Positions 4,969 through 13,290 are shown, counted from the stretch's first letter. The stretch: 36,318 nucleotides of DNA from Chloroflexota bacterium (GCA_016200765.1 JACQEC010000004.1:1-36318); one strand, 5' to 3'. Notes: generated by a model not told the origin, from the letters alone. Numbers and translations are program-made.

Positions 4969-7764
4969 CTATCGTATCAAAATGGGTAGGTATAGAAACG
5001 AACTGAAGTAGTTTGACAGGTTGCCAGCCTGATCGCGCGCCCGCACGCGGAACTGGTAGGCGCTCCCAGCCTGACCGATGAAGATGCCCGTCGTGCTGGT
5101 CGTCGCCGTCAGCCAATCCTGCCAGACGCCGCCCGCAACATCCTGACTCTGCACGTCAAACGAAGCCACCCCTGACAGCGCGTCCTGCCCGGCCCAGACC
5201 ACACTGATCGCCGTCGTCGAGATGACGAGCGATGTGATCACAACCGCCGGCGGCTGTGAGTCCACGTTAAAGACATAGAGCGGGCTGGTGGCCGTAATCC
5301 CCTTCACGTTTCCCATCTGAAACTGAACCTGCTGGCCTATCCCATCGCTGGTCGCCGCCGTCGCCGAGATGGTTTGCGCCGCCGTTGTGCCGCTGATGCC
5401 CGACACCGAAGCGGTCAGCCAGTTCGTCCACGTCACGCCGCCGTTGCTGGACAGGCGGTATTTGCCTTTGGTGATGTCTAGGCCGGACGCCATGTCCTGC
5501 GCGGTGATCGTCAGCGCCTGCGTGGCCGTCAGCCACCGCGTGGTAAAGGGCGGCGGCAACGGCGCGACGTCGGCGGAGATATTCCCCGCGCTGTCGGCAA
5601 ACTTGGCGACGACCGTGCCGGTGGTCAGCGGCGCGGACAGCACCCAGGTGGTCGTCAGCGGGCTGGTGGCCGGATAGCGGGCGACCAGCACCCGGTCGAG
5701 CCACAGGTCGGCACTGCCATACAGCCATAGGCGGAACTCCAAGCCGGTGACCGTGGCGGAGGGATAGGTGAAGTCCACGAAAAATTCTTGGTAGGCGTTG
5801 GCCGCGCGGAAGTCGGTGCCATAGATGCGCTTGATGCCAACCGGCACGCTAAGGTTGTAATTCGTGATGACATCCATGTAGCCGAGCTCGGCAGTGGTGA
5901 TCACGTTGTTGGTCTTCAGGCGGAAATAGGCGCGGTACGATGGGCCGACCGGCAGGCCGAAGGTGTACGGGCCATAGAGCGCGGCGGCGTAGGGGCTGTA
6001 GACGACGCCTCCATTCCCGCTGGCCGGCGCGTACATCGCCTGCCCGTTCAGCGCGGCGGCGTCGCTGACCACCGTGCCAACCGTCAGAGAATATTGTTTC
6101 TCGCCTTCCCAAATCCAGTTGTTGCTCATGCCGTAACCGGCGAACCCACTGCCGCTGTCCGTGCCGCTCAACTGCGCCGTCACAGTCAGGCTGGTGGTCA
6201 GGTGCGGCACCGACAGCGTGCCGGTCGGCGGCGCGCGGTCTAGCCCCAGCGTCAGCGTGGCGACCTGCGTGTTGGAGAGCGTCGCGGTGATGAACAGCGA
6301 GCCGAGCGGCTGGTCGGGTAGGTTCGTCAGGTCGAGCGCGCTGACGAGCGCGTTGGTGGTGACGAGCGTGTTCGTCAGGCCACTGCCGCGCGCGTAGACG
6401 CTCAAGCGGCTGTTGTTGCTGGTGGCGGCCACAATCCGCGCACGGTTCGCGTTCAGGTACCGGTTGTTCCACGGCGCGTTAAACGCGCCAAAGTTGGTCG
6501 GCCCCTCGATGGTGACGCTGGAATAGTAGTGGGTGAGAATCTGGATGTAATCCCAGCCATAGGTAAGCGCCCAGCGGTTCGCGCCGTTCTGCGACATGCC
6601 GATGCCGTGCCCACTGCGCGTGTAGCCGAACGAGACCGGGTCATCCACGGCGGCGAGATACTGCTGACAGCAGGAGCTGAACCAGTTCGACAAGGTCGGG
6701 TCGCCGTTCTCGGCGGAGTAGAGCGTGTCTATCAGCGCTCCGCCATAGGCAACGTACTGGCCGACGGTCGCCGTGACCGCCGCCGTCGAGCGCGCATCCA
6801 CTTTGTTCGGGCACATCGCCTGCGATAACGTCCAGTCGGTCACGTCGTAACTGCTTCCGCCGCTGCCAAGGATTTCGTTCCACGCATAGGTGCGCGAGGC
6901 CACGGCCTGCACCTTCAACTGCTCGGTCGGGTCGGAAGCGGAAATCTCCGTCGGCACGACATACGTGAGGTAGGTTTCAAAGGCGTAGGTGTCAATCTGG
7001 CCCGCCGGCACGCCGGGGCGGCAGGTGTTGTTGATATCGTGAGAGACGCGAATCGTCGCGGGCTCGGTCAGCGCCAGCGGCGCGGGGATGAGCGGCGCGG
7101 GCTTCTCAACCCGCGGCCAGCCGGTGATGGGTGTGCGCGCAGAGGCGACATAGACATCGCCCTGATGCTCGAAGGCAATCTGCGCGCCGTCGGGCGACCA
7201 GACCGGCGCGCTGGCTTCGGCGACGAGTGACAGAATATTTTGCCCGTCGGCGTCGGCGGCCCAGATGGCGCTTAGCCCGTGCGTCTCACTGCCGCGCGGC
7301 GTGCGCGTAAAGACAAAGCGCGAGCCGTCGGGCGCGAACAGCGGCGGGCCAAAGTACTCGCTGTCGCTGGTCAGCAGGCGGCGCGGCTGACTGCCGTCGG
7401 CCAGCGATACCCACAGTTCGGGCGCGGTGGACATCGCGGCGATGACGGTCACGGCGCGGGTGGCACTGCGGCTCGTCAATTCGCGCTCGGCGGGCGGCGA
7501 GTCGGCGGCGATCAACTCGGCGCGGCCATCGGCCGGCGCGATGCGCCAGAGCTGGCTGGCGATGCGTTGCCGTCCGGCCTCGTCCAGCAACGCGCCGGGG
7601 CGCATCACCCGCAGGCCATCGGCCTCCCAGCCAATCGGGGTGGAGTGGCCGTCAAACGTCAGGCGGCGCGGCTGGCCGTCCGGCCCCTGGGCCAGTGCCG
7701 GGGTCAGCAGGAGCAGGGCGGGCAGGCTGACGACGATGAGCAGAATGATTTTGCGGAGACGCAT
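4969..7764 (-). CDS. secreted multidomain protein: TolB/PD40-like propeller + SpoIID/LytB domain + beta-rich region + FN3-like C-terminus
   Basis: Signal peptide MRLRKIILLIVVSLPALLLLTPALAQG. PD40-type motifs (APDGSRFVF, SPDGAQIAFE). SpoIID motifs (VASRTYAW.., ..YSAENG.., ..GHGIGMSQNGANRWA..Y..IL.HYY). C-terminal ..YQFRVRARDQAGNLS. Start at ATG 7764; GTG 7809 is the alternative. Confidence 0.9.
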   Translation of the reverse strand: MRLRKIILLIVVSLPALLLLTPALAQGPDGQPRRLTFDGHSTPIGWEADGLRVMRPGALLDEAGRQRIASQLWRIAPADGRAELIAADSPPAERELTSRSATRAVTVIAAMSTAPELWVSLADGSQPRRLLTSDSEYFGPPLFAPDGSRFVFTRTPRGSETHGLSAIWAADADGQNILSLVAEASAPVWSPDGAQIAFEHQGDVYVASARTPITGWPRVEKPAPLIPAPLALTEPATIRVSHDINNTCRPGVPAGQIDTYAFETYLTYVVPTEISASDPTEQLKVQAVASRTYAWNEILGSGGSSYDVTDWTLSQAMCPNKVDARSTAAVTATVGQYVAYGGALIDTLYSAENGDPTLSNWFSSCCQQYLAAVDDPVSFGYTRSGHGIGMSQNGANRWALTYGWDYIQILTHYYSSVTIEGPTNFGAFNAPWNNRYLNANRARIVAATSNNSRLSVYARGSGLTNTLVTTNALVSALDLTNLPDQPLGSLFITATLSNTQVATLTLGLDRAPPTGTLSVPHLTTSLTVTAQLSGTDSGSGFAGYGMSNNWIWEGEKQYSLTVGTVVSDAAALNGQAMYAPASGNGGVVYSPYAAALYGPYTFGLPVGPSYRAYFRLKTNNVITTAELGYMDVITNYNLSVPVGIKRIYGTDFRAANAYQEFFVDFTYPSATVTGLEFRLWLYGSADLWLDRVLVARYPATSPLTTTWVLSAPLTTGTVVAKFADSAGNISADVAPLPPPFTTRWLTATQALTITAQDMASGLDITKGKYRLSSNGGVTWTNWLTASVSGISGTTAAQTISATAATSDGIGQQVQFQMGNVKGITATSPLYVFNVDSQPPAVVITSLVISTTAISVVWAGQDALSGVASFDVQSQDVAGGVWQDWLTATTSTTGIFIGQAGSAYQFRVRARDQAGNLSNYFSSFLYLPILIR

Positions 7765-7771
7765 TAATGCA

Positions 7772-7800
7772 ATCTTACCGAAGAATAGGCGGCGCGACAA
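7772..7800 (-). promoter_or_regulatory. candidate leaderless-type promoter for the 4969-7764 gene
   Basis: On the minus strand: TTGTCG (7800-7795), 17-nt spacer, TAAGAT (7777-7772), then 7 nt to ATG 7764. No SD. Confidence 0.45.
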
Positions 7801-7819
7801 ATCGCGCACAGACTTCCGG

Positions 7820-7960
7820 TCAACGGATTAGGATAACGGATGAACGGATGGATGCGCATGATGCGTGATGGTGGTCAGCCGAAAACAGACGCTTCATGCC
7901 GCAGACCACGCCACGATGCCGCGCGCCTCAATCCGCTAATCCGCTATCCTAATCCGTTGA
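7820..7960. repeat. long palindrome built from GGAT-ending words
   Basis: tcaacggattaggataacggat (7820-7841) is the reverse complement of atccgctatcctaatccgttga (7939-7960) with one mismatch. It lies in the divergent intergenic region. Confidence 0.7.
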
Positions 7961-7997
7961 TAGCAACCCTGCCCTGCCGGAAAAGTCCGACTGCCAT

Positions 7998-8026
7998 TTG
8001 ACATCATGCGCGTGAGTTCATAGAAT
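7998..8026 (+). promoter_or_regulatory. near-consensus sigma70 promoter for the RCC1-repeat gene
   Basis: TTGACA (7998-8003), 17-nt spacer, then TAGAAT (8021-8026). AGGAG lies 7 nt before ATG 8113. Confidence 0.6.
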
Positions 8027-8112
8027 ACTGGGTACCGCGCGGCCCGTGCCCATGAGTAGCGCGGCAGTGTGCCAAAACCGTATTCCTACAGTCTCAACCA
8101 TAGGAGCGCGCT

Positions 8113-10479
8113 ATGTCACCTCAGCACTGGCTCTACCCCACGATCCGCAGACTGTCGCTCGTGGTCTGCGGGTTGCTCCTCGTCTGGCTGAAGTCAGCCT
8201 CGATCTACCCGGCCGCAACCATCTCTCTGGCCGCCCCGCCGCCTCCGCCCACGCCGCAGACGGTTTCCACCGCGATGGCTGTCGCCACCGGGAACTATCA
8301 CAGCTGCGCGCTGACGACGGGCGGCGGGGTCAAGTGCTGGGGCTGGAACGCCTACGGCCAGCTGGGCGATGGCACAACTACCAATCGCACCATCGCGGTG
8401 GACGTGGTGGGTCTGACCAGCGGGGTCAGCGCCATCGCCGCAGGGGGCTATCACACCTGCGCGCTGACGACGACCAGTGATGTCAAGTGCTGGGGCTACA
8501 ACTCCACGGGTCAGTTGGGCGATGGGACAACCACCGACCGCTATACGCCAGTAGATGTGGTGGGGCTGACGAGCGGCGTCGCGTCCATCTCCGCCGGCTA
8601 CGGGCACACCTGCGCGCTGACGACGGGTGGCGGCGTCAAGTGCTGGGGCTGGAACGACTCCGGCCAGTTGGGCGATGGGACAACCACAGACCGTCTGACA
8701 CCGGTGGATGTAACGGGCTTAACCAGCGGCGTCACGGCTATCGCCGCCGGTTACTATCACACCTGCGCGCTGACGAAAGGCGGCGGCCTCAAGTGCTGGG
8801 GACTTGACTTCCACGGCCAGTTGGGCGATGGCACGAATCTCACGACTGACCCATTGAGTCAGCTGACGCCAGTGGATGTCATAGGGCTGACGAGCGGCGT
8901 CAGCGCTATCGTGGCTGGCAGCGCTCACACCTGCGCGCTGACGAAAAGCGGCGGCCTCAAGTGCTGGGGCTGGAACGCCTTCGGCCAATTGGGCGATGGG
9001 ACGGGCATCACCCGCGCCACCGCGGTGGATGTGGTGGGCTTGACGAGCGGCGTGACTGCCATCGCCGCCGGTGAGCTGCACACATGCGCGGCGACGACCG
9101 GCGGCGGCCTCAAATGCTGGGGCGCGAACGGCAACGGCCAGTTGGGCGATGGGACGACCATCCAACGCAACACACCAGTGGATGTGTCGGGCCTGACGAG
9201 CGGCGTCAATGCCATCGTCGCCGGAGGGGCTTACCCCGGCGGTCACACCTGCGCGCTGACGACGACCAATGGCGTCAAGTGTTGGGGGCTAAACAACTAC
9301 GGCCAGGTCGGCGATGGGACAACCATTGATCGGCTCACACCCGTTGATGTAGTGTGGGTGGTGGGCGCTTTCAGCGTCGGCTCGGTCGCCGCGGGGGACT
9401 ATCATGCCTGCCGGCTGTCGGCGGGCGGCGGCCTCAAGTGCTGGGGCTGGAACGCCAACGGCCAGTTGGGCGATGGCACGACAACAAACCAACTGACCGC
9501 AGTGGACGTGATGGGGCTGACCAGCGGGGTCAGCGCTATTGCCGCCGGAGACTATCACACCTGTGCGTTGACGACCGGCGGCGGCGTCAAGTGCTGGGGG
9601 AATAACGCCTACGGCCAGTTGGGCGATGGGACAACCACAGACCGTCTGACACCGGTGGATGTAACGGGCTTGACCAGCGGGGTCAGCGCCATCGCCGCTG
9701 GGGTCGCTCATACCTGCGCGTTGATGACCAGCGGCGTCAAGTGCTGGGGCGCTAACACCTACGGCCAGCTGGGCGATGGCACGACCACGAATCGCTCCAC
9801 CCCGGTGGATGTGATGGGGCTGACCAGCTTTGTCTTCGCCGTCACAGCCGGTTACGAGTACACCTGCGCAGTGGCGAAGGGTGGCTTCCAGTGCTGGGGC
9901 GATAACACCTACGGCCAACTGGGCGATGGGACAACCATCCAGCGCACCACAGCCGTATATGTGGTGGGGTTGACCGGCTATGGTAGCGCCGGCGCCGCCG
10001 GTTACGATCACACCTGCGCGCTGATGCTGGGCGGCATCAAGTGCTGGGGTAATAACACCTACGGCCAGCTGGGCGATGGGACAACCACCCAGCGGCTGAC
10101 CGCCGTGGACGTGACGGGGCTGACGAGCGGCGTGAGCGCGATCACCGCCGGTTACCAGCACACCTGCGCCGTGACAACGGGCGGCGGCCTCAAGTGCTGG
10201 GGGAATAACGCCTCCGGTCAGTTGGGCGATGGGACGACCACGGATCGGCTGACCGCGGTGGATGTGGCGGGGCTGACCGCCGATGTCAGCGCCGCCATCG
10301 CTGTCACTGCCGGTTACGCGCACACCTGCGCGCTGACGGCGGACAGCCGCGTCAACTGCTGGGGGTTGAACGGCGTCGGCCAGTTGGGCGACGGGACGAC
10401 CACGCAGCGCACCACTGCAGTGTATGTAACGGGCTTGCTGGGCAATATACGGTTCTACCTGCCGGCGATCCTGCGGTAG
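8113..10479 (+). CDS. secreted RCC1-repeat protein, 14 blades (two 7-bladed propellers)
   Basis: There are 14 consecutive ~50-aa units of the form ..YHTCAL..GG.KCWG.N.YGQLGDGTT..R.TPVDV.GLTSGV.AIAAG. with an N-terminal hydrophobic signal-like segment. The units are also recognisably repeated at the nucleotide level. Confidence 0.92.
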   Translation: MSPQHWLYPTIRRLSLVVCGLLLVWLKSASIYPAATISLAAPPPPPTPQTVSTAMAVATGNYHSCALTTGGGVKCWGWNAYGQLGDGTTTNRTIAVDVVGLTSGVSAIAAGGYHTCALTTTSDVKCWGYNSTGQLGDGTTTDRYTPVDVVGLTSGVASISAGYGHTCALTTGGGVKCWGWNDSGQLGDGTTTDRLTPVDVTGLTSGVTAIAAGYYHTCALTKGGGLKCWGLDFHGQLGDGTNLTTDPLSQLTPVDVIGLTSGVSAIVAGSAHTCALTKSGGLKCWGWNAFGQLGDGTGITRATAVDVVGLTSGVTAIAAGELHTCAATTGGGLKCWGANGNGQLGDGTTIQRNTPVDVSGLTSGVNAIVAGGAYPGGHTCALTTTNGVKCWGLNNYGQVGDGTTIDRLTPVDVVWVVGAFSVGSVAAGDYHACRLSAGGGLKCWGWNANGQLGDGTTTNQLTAVDVMGLTSGVSAIAAGDYHTCALTTGGGVKCWGNNAYGQLGDGTTTDRLTPVDVTGLTSGVSAIAAGVAHTCALMTSGVKCWGANTYGQLGDGTTTNRSTPVDVMGLTSFVFAVTAGYEYTCAVAKGGFQCWGDNTYGQLGDGTTIQRTTAVYVVGLTGYGSAGAAGYDHTCALMLGGIKCWGNNTYGQLGDGTTTQRLTAVDVTGLTSGVSAITAGYQHTCAVTTGGGLKCWGNNASGQLGDGTTTDRLTAVDVAGLTADVSAAIAVTAGYAHTCALTADSRVNCWGLNGVGQLGDGTTTQRTTAVYVTGLLGNIRFYLPAILR

Positions 10480-10550
10480 AGAATATCCTGCGTGCGGCTT
10501 GCAGATGAACAGGCAGGGTGATGAACATGACGGGCCGACCCGGCGGCGTT

Positions 10551-10578
10551 TTGTGCGGCGGTACAGCGATGCTATAAT
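10551..10578 (+). promoter_or_regulatory. promoter for tRNA-Ser / SRP RNA
   Basis: TTGTGC (10551-10556), 16-nt spacer, then TGcTATAAT (10570-10578). The -10 ends 9 nt before the tRNA 5' end. Confidence 0.55.
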
Positions 10579-10587
10579 CTGCGCCGA

Positions 10588-10671
10588 GGGGAGGTCGCAT
10601 AGTGGTCTAGTGCGCACGCCTGGAAAGCGTGTAGGCGATGAGCCTCGCGGGTTCGAATCCCGCCCTCTCCG
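10588..10671 (+). tRNA. tRNA-Ser (anticodon GGA)
   Basis: Hand-folded cloverleaf. Acceptor ggggagg/cctctcc (one G-U), 3-bp D stem, anticodon stem cacgc/gcgtg with loop cuGGAaa, long variable arm taggcgatgagcctc (class II), and T arm gcggg-ttcgaat-cccgc. CCA is not encoded. Confidence 0.9.
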
Positions 10672-10706
10672 TGCCGGCGCGCCCGTAGCGGGGCCTGTCG
10701 CCCCAC

Positions 10707-10849
10707 GCCGTCGCGCGCATCCGGCTGCTGATTGGGTCCTGCGCGGCAGAAGACTGTGAACCCCGCCAGGGCCGAAAGGAAGCAACGGTAAGCAGACCCT
10801 TCTGGGTGCCGCAGGAGCGCCTGATCAGCAGCCTGATGCGCGCGACGGC
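10707..10849 (+). ncRNA. ffs: signal recognition particle RNA (small/4.5S type)
   Basis: Conserved domain IV sequence gtgaaccccgccagggcc-GAAA-ggaagcaacggtaag (GNRA tetraloop plus the GGAAGCA motif). It is flanked by a long helix-5-like stem: 10707-10721 pairs perfectly with 10835-10849, and 10723-10732 with 10824-10833, with internal loops in between. Exact ends are uncertain. Confidence 0.7.
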
Positions 10850-10873
10850 CAATCTGAAGCCTCAAGTTCCCAA

Positions 10874-11125
10874 TTGTCCGAACAGACCCTTAACCCGCCC
10901 CAAAGCCAGCCGCAGAGCCTGCCCCCGACTGTGATCGGGGGCCTGCCTCTGCGCGGCGAGTTTGTCCTGCGCCTCTATCCGGGGCCGATCGTGTTGGTTG
11001 CGACCGCGCTTCTCGTCGCGGCCATGCTCTGGGGCTACTTCGCCACCGAGCGGCCCGCCGCCGGATACACGGCTGGAGCGCGCGCCAAGCATCCAAATCT
11101 GGCTCGCCCAGCCGGTGGAAGTTGA
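10874..11125 (+). pseudogene. out-of-frame N-terminal membrane-anchor segment of the YabE/RpfB-like gene (frameshifted or separately encoded)
   Basis: This ORF encodes a TM helix (PIVLVATALLVAAMLWGYFA) in a frame that stops at 11125. The catalytic part continues in another frame with no TM or signal peptide of its own. A (GC)4 run at 11078-11085 lies at the junction. Confidence 0.4.
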
Positions 11126-12308
11126 AGCCGATGGCCTGCTCCTGCGCGGCCTGACCCAATCGGGGAGCGTGGCCGATGCCCTGCGGGAACTGGGCGTTCA
11201 TCTGGGCCGCGATGACCGCTTGCTCTACGGGGGCGAGCCACTGCCCGTCCAGACGCTTCTCTTAGATTTGCTGGCTGACCCGCTTGACCCGTATCAGGAA
11301 CGCCCCGCCGTCCGTCTAAGCGTTGAGCGCGCCATGCCGATCACCATCAGCGATGACGGCGTGCTGGCTTCCCTCAACACGTATGCCACCACCGTGCGCG
11401 AGGCTCTGCGCGTTCACAATGTGCTGTGGCACAACACCGACCGCATCACGCCGGGGCTGGACGATCCGATCAACGCCGGCCTGCACATCCTCGTCGAGCG
11501 CTCCAAGCCGATGACGATTATCGCCGACGGCAAGACCCTCCCCGCCCGCACGCGCGCGCCGACCATCGCGCAAGCCCTGCCCGAAGCGGGTATCTACCTG
11601 AAAGGCAAGGACTACACCCTGCCGCCGGCGAGCACGGCCACGCGCGATAATATGCTGGTGCAGGTCGTGCGCGTGCGCGAAGACCTGATCGAGGAGGCCA
11701 GCCCGATTGCCTACGCCAAGCTGATGCAGCCCGACGACAATCTGGAGATTGACCAACAGCGGCTGGCCCAGCGCGGGCAGGCGGGCGAACATCGCCGGGC
11801 AATCCGCATCGTCTACGAAAACGGTCAGGAGATCAAGCGCACTTTAGAGCGCGAATGGGATGCGCGCGCGCCCGTGCCCCAGATCACGGCCTATGGGCAC
11901 AAGATCGTGGTGCGCGATCTGATGACGCCGGGCGGGCCGATCCAATACTGGCGCGTCATCCGCATGTATGCCACGTCATACAGCCCGTCGCGCTCCGGCG
12001 TGTCGCCCAGCAAATCATGGTACGGCCACACCTTTTCCGGCTTGATGGCCGGCAAGGGCGTCGTGGCGATTGATAAGAGCGTCGTGCCGTGGCTGGCCGA
12101 TCTGTATGTGCCGGGCTATGGCACTGCTATCGCCGGAGACACGGGCAGTGGCATCATCGGCAAATGGATTGATCTGGGCTACGACGACGACAACTACGAG
12201 TCGTGGAGCCAGTGGGTCAACGTCTACCTGCTGACCCCCGCCCCGCCGGCGCAATTCATCCGCTGGATACTGCCGAACACCCCCGTCGAGCCCCGCTCGC
12301 GCCAATAG
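10962..12308 (+). CDS. YabE/RpfB-like cell-wall protein (DUF348 repeats + G5 + 3D/RlpA-like domain)
   Basis: Repeated DUF348-like units (..VEVEADGLLLRGLTQSGSVADALRELGV.., ..ITISDDGVLASLNTYATTVREAL.., ..MTIIADGKTLPARTRAPTIAQAL..). A G5-like segment. C-terminal 3D domain ..YATSYSP..G.TFSG..A.KGVVAID..VVP..LYVPGYG.AIAGDTGSGI.G.WIDLGY. It sits next to rsmA as in Bacillus/Mycobacterium. The true start is unclear (see frameshift finding). Confidence 0.85.
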   Translation: MSCASIRGRSCWLRPRFSSRPCSGATSPPSGPPPDTRLERAPSIQIWLAQPVEVEADGLLLRGLTQSGSVADALRELGVHLGRDDRLLYGGEPLPVQTLLLDLLADPLDPYQERPAVRLSVERAMPITISDDGVLASLNTYATTVREALRVHNVLWHNTDRITPGLDDPINAGLHILVERSKPMTIIADGKTLPARTRAPTIAQALPEAGIYLKGKDYTLPPASTATRDNMLVQVVRVREDLIEEASPIAYAKLMQPDDNLEIDQQRLAQRGQAGEHRRAIRIVYENGQEIKRTLEREWDARAPVPQITAYGHKIVVRDLMTPGGPIQYWRVIRMYATSYSPSRSGVSPSKSWYGHTFSGLMAGKGVVAIDKSVVPWLADLYVPGYGTAIAGDTGSGIIGKWIDLGYDDDNYESWSQWVNVYLLTPAPPAQFIRWILPNTPVEPRSRQ

Positions 12309-12322
12309 CGCCGCCCCTGCCT

Positions 12323-13177
12323 ATGCCGGGCCCCCCAACCTCGGTGCATGAACTGCGCGCCCTGCTGGAAAAGCGCGGTCTGCGCCCCAAGAAGTCCCTC
12401 GGCCAGAACTTTCTCATCGCCGCGGATGTGCTACAGGCTATCGCGCAGGCTGCCGACATCCAGCCCGATGAGGTCGTGGTGGAGGTCGGCCCGGGCGTCG
12501 GCACGCTGACGCGCTGGCTGGCCCTGGCGGCGCGGCGCGTCGTGGCCGTCGAGGTGGACGCGAACATGGTCGCCATCCTGCGCGAGACGCTGGCGGCTTT
12601 TGAGAACGTCACGCTGATTCACGCCGACATCCTCAAGCTCGACCTCGACGCCGCGCTGGCCCTCTCTGCGCCCTACAAAGTGGTCGCCAACCTGCCCTAC
12701 TACATCACCTCGGCGATCATCCGCAAGTTTCTCGACCGCCCGCACCGGCCCAGCCTGTTGGTGCTGATGATGCAGGACGAAGTCGCCCAGCGCATTTTGG
12801 CCGCGCCCGGCGAGATGAGCCTGCTAGCCGCCAGCGTGCAGTTCTACGCCAGACCCTCGCGGGTGATGCGCCTTCCGGCTGGCGCGTTCTATCCGGCCCC
12901 GCAGGTGGATTCGGCGCTGATCCGGCTGGACGTGCAGACCGGGCCGCTTGCGGTCAGCCCGGAGCGGTTCTTTCGCGTCGCGCAGGCCGGTTTCGGCCAG
13001 CGGCGCAAGACCCTGCGCAACGCGCTGGCGTCCGGGCTGGGCATTGGCCGCGAGCAGAGCGAGGCCCTGCTGACGCAAGCCGGCATTGACCCGCAGCGCC
13101 GCGCGCAGACGCTGGCGATTGCGGAGTGGGTGAGGCTGGCGGAAGCGTGGGACGGGCCGCTGGCGGATAGCAGATAG
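12323..13177 (+). CDS. rsmA: 16S rRNA (adenine1518/1519-N6)-dimethyltransferase
   Basis: ..KKSLGQNFL.., SAM-binding VVEVGPGVGTLT, and ..VVANLPYYITS... Start at ATG 12323 within the 12203-13177 ORF. Confidence 0.92.
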   Translation: MPGPPTSVHELRALLEKRGLRPKKSLGQNFLIAADVLQAIAQAADIQPDEVVVEVGPGVGTLTRWLALAARRVVAVEVDANMVAILRETLAAFENVTLIHADILKLDLDAALALSAPYKVVANLPYYITSAIIRKFLDRPHRPSLLVLMMQDEVAQRILAAPGEMSLLAASVQFYARPSRVMRLPAGAFYPAPQVDSALIRLDVQTGPLAVSPERFFRVAQAGFGQRRKTLRNALASGLGIGREQSEALLTQAGIDPQRRAQTLAIAEWVRLAEAWDGPLADSR

Positions 13178-13290
13178 CAAATGGCCGCTGGCAGATAGCA
13201 GATAGCGAATGGCAGATAGTAGATAGCCGATAGTTAACGGCCATCAGCCATCGGCCATCAGCCACCGGCTATCGGCTATCCGCCATCGGC
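13163..13290. repeat. heptamer-built palindrome (GCAGATA / GCCATCR words) between convergent genes
   Basis: The left half is tandem GCAGATA-like heptamers and the right half is tandem GCCATCA/GCTATCG heptamers (approximate complements), centred on gttaac (13243-13248). The rsmA stop (13175-13177) and the aminotransferase stop (13290-13292) both lie in the arms. Confidence 0.75.

Noticed and set aside
9289-10785. 498-aa minus-strand ORF
   Set aside because: It lies antisense to the RCC1 repeats (a mirror-image repeat pattern). It also runs through the tRNA-Ser and SRP RNA, so it is not coding.
12203-12322. N-terminal 40-codon extension of rsmA
   Set aside because: The extension overlaps the 3' end of the YabE-like gene and is Pro/Ala-rich. 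The conserved RsmA N-terminus (..LLEKRGLRPKKSLGQNFL) begins right after ATG 12323.
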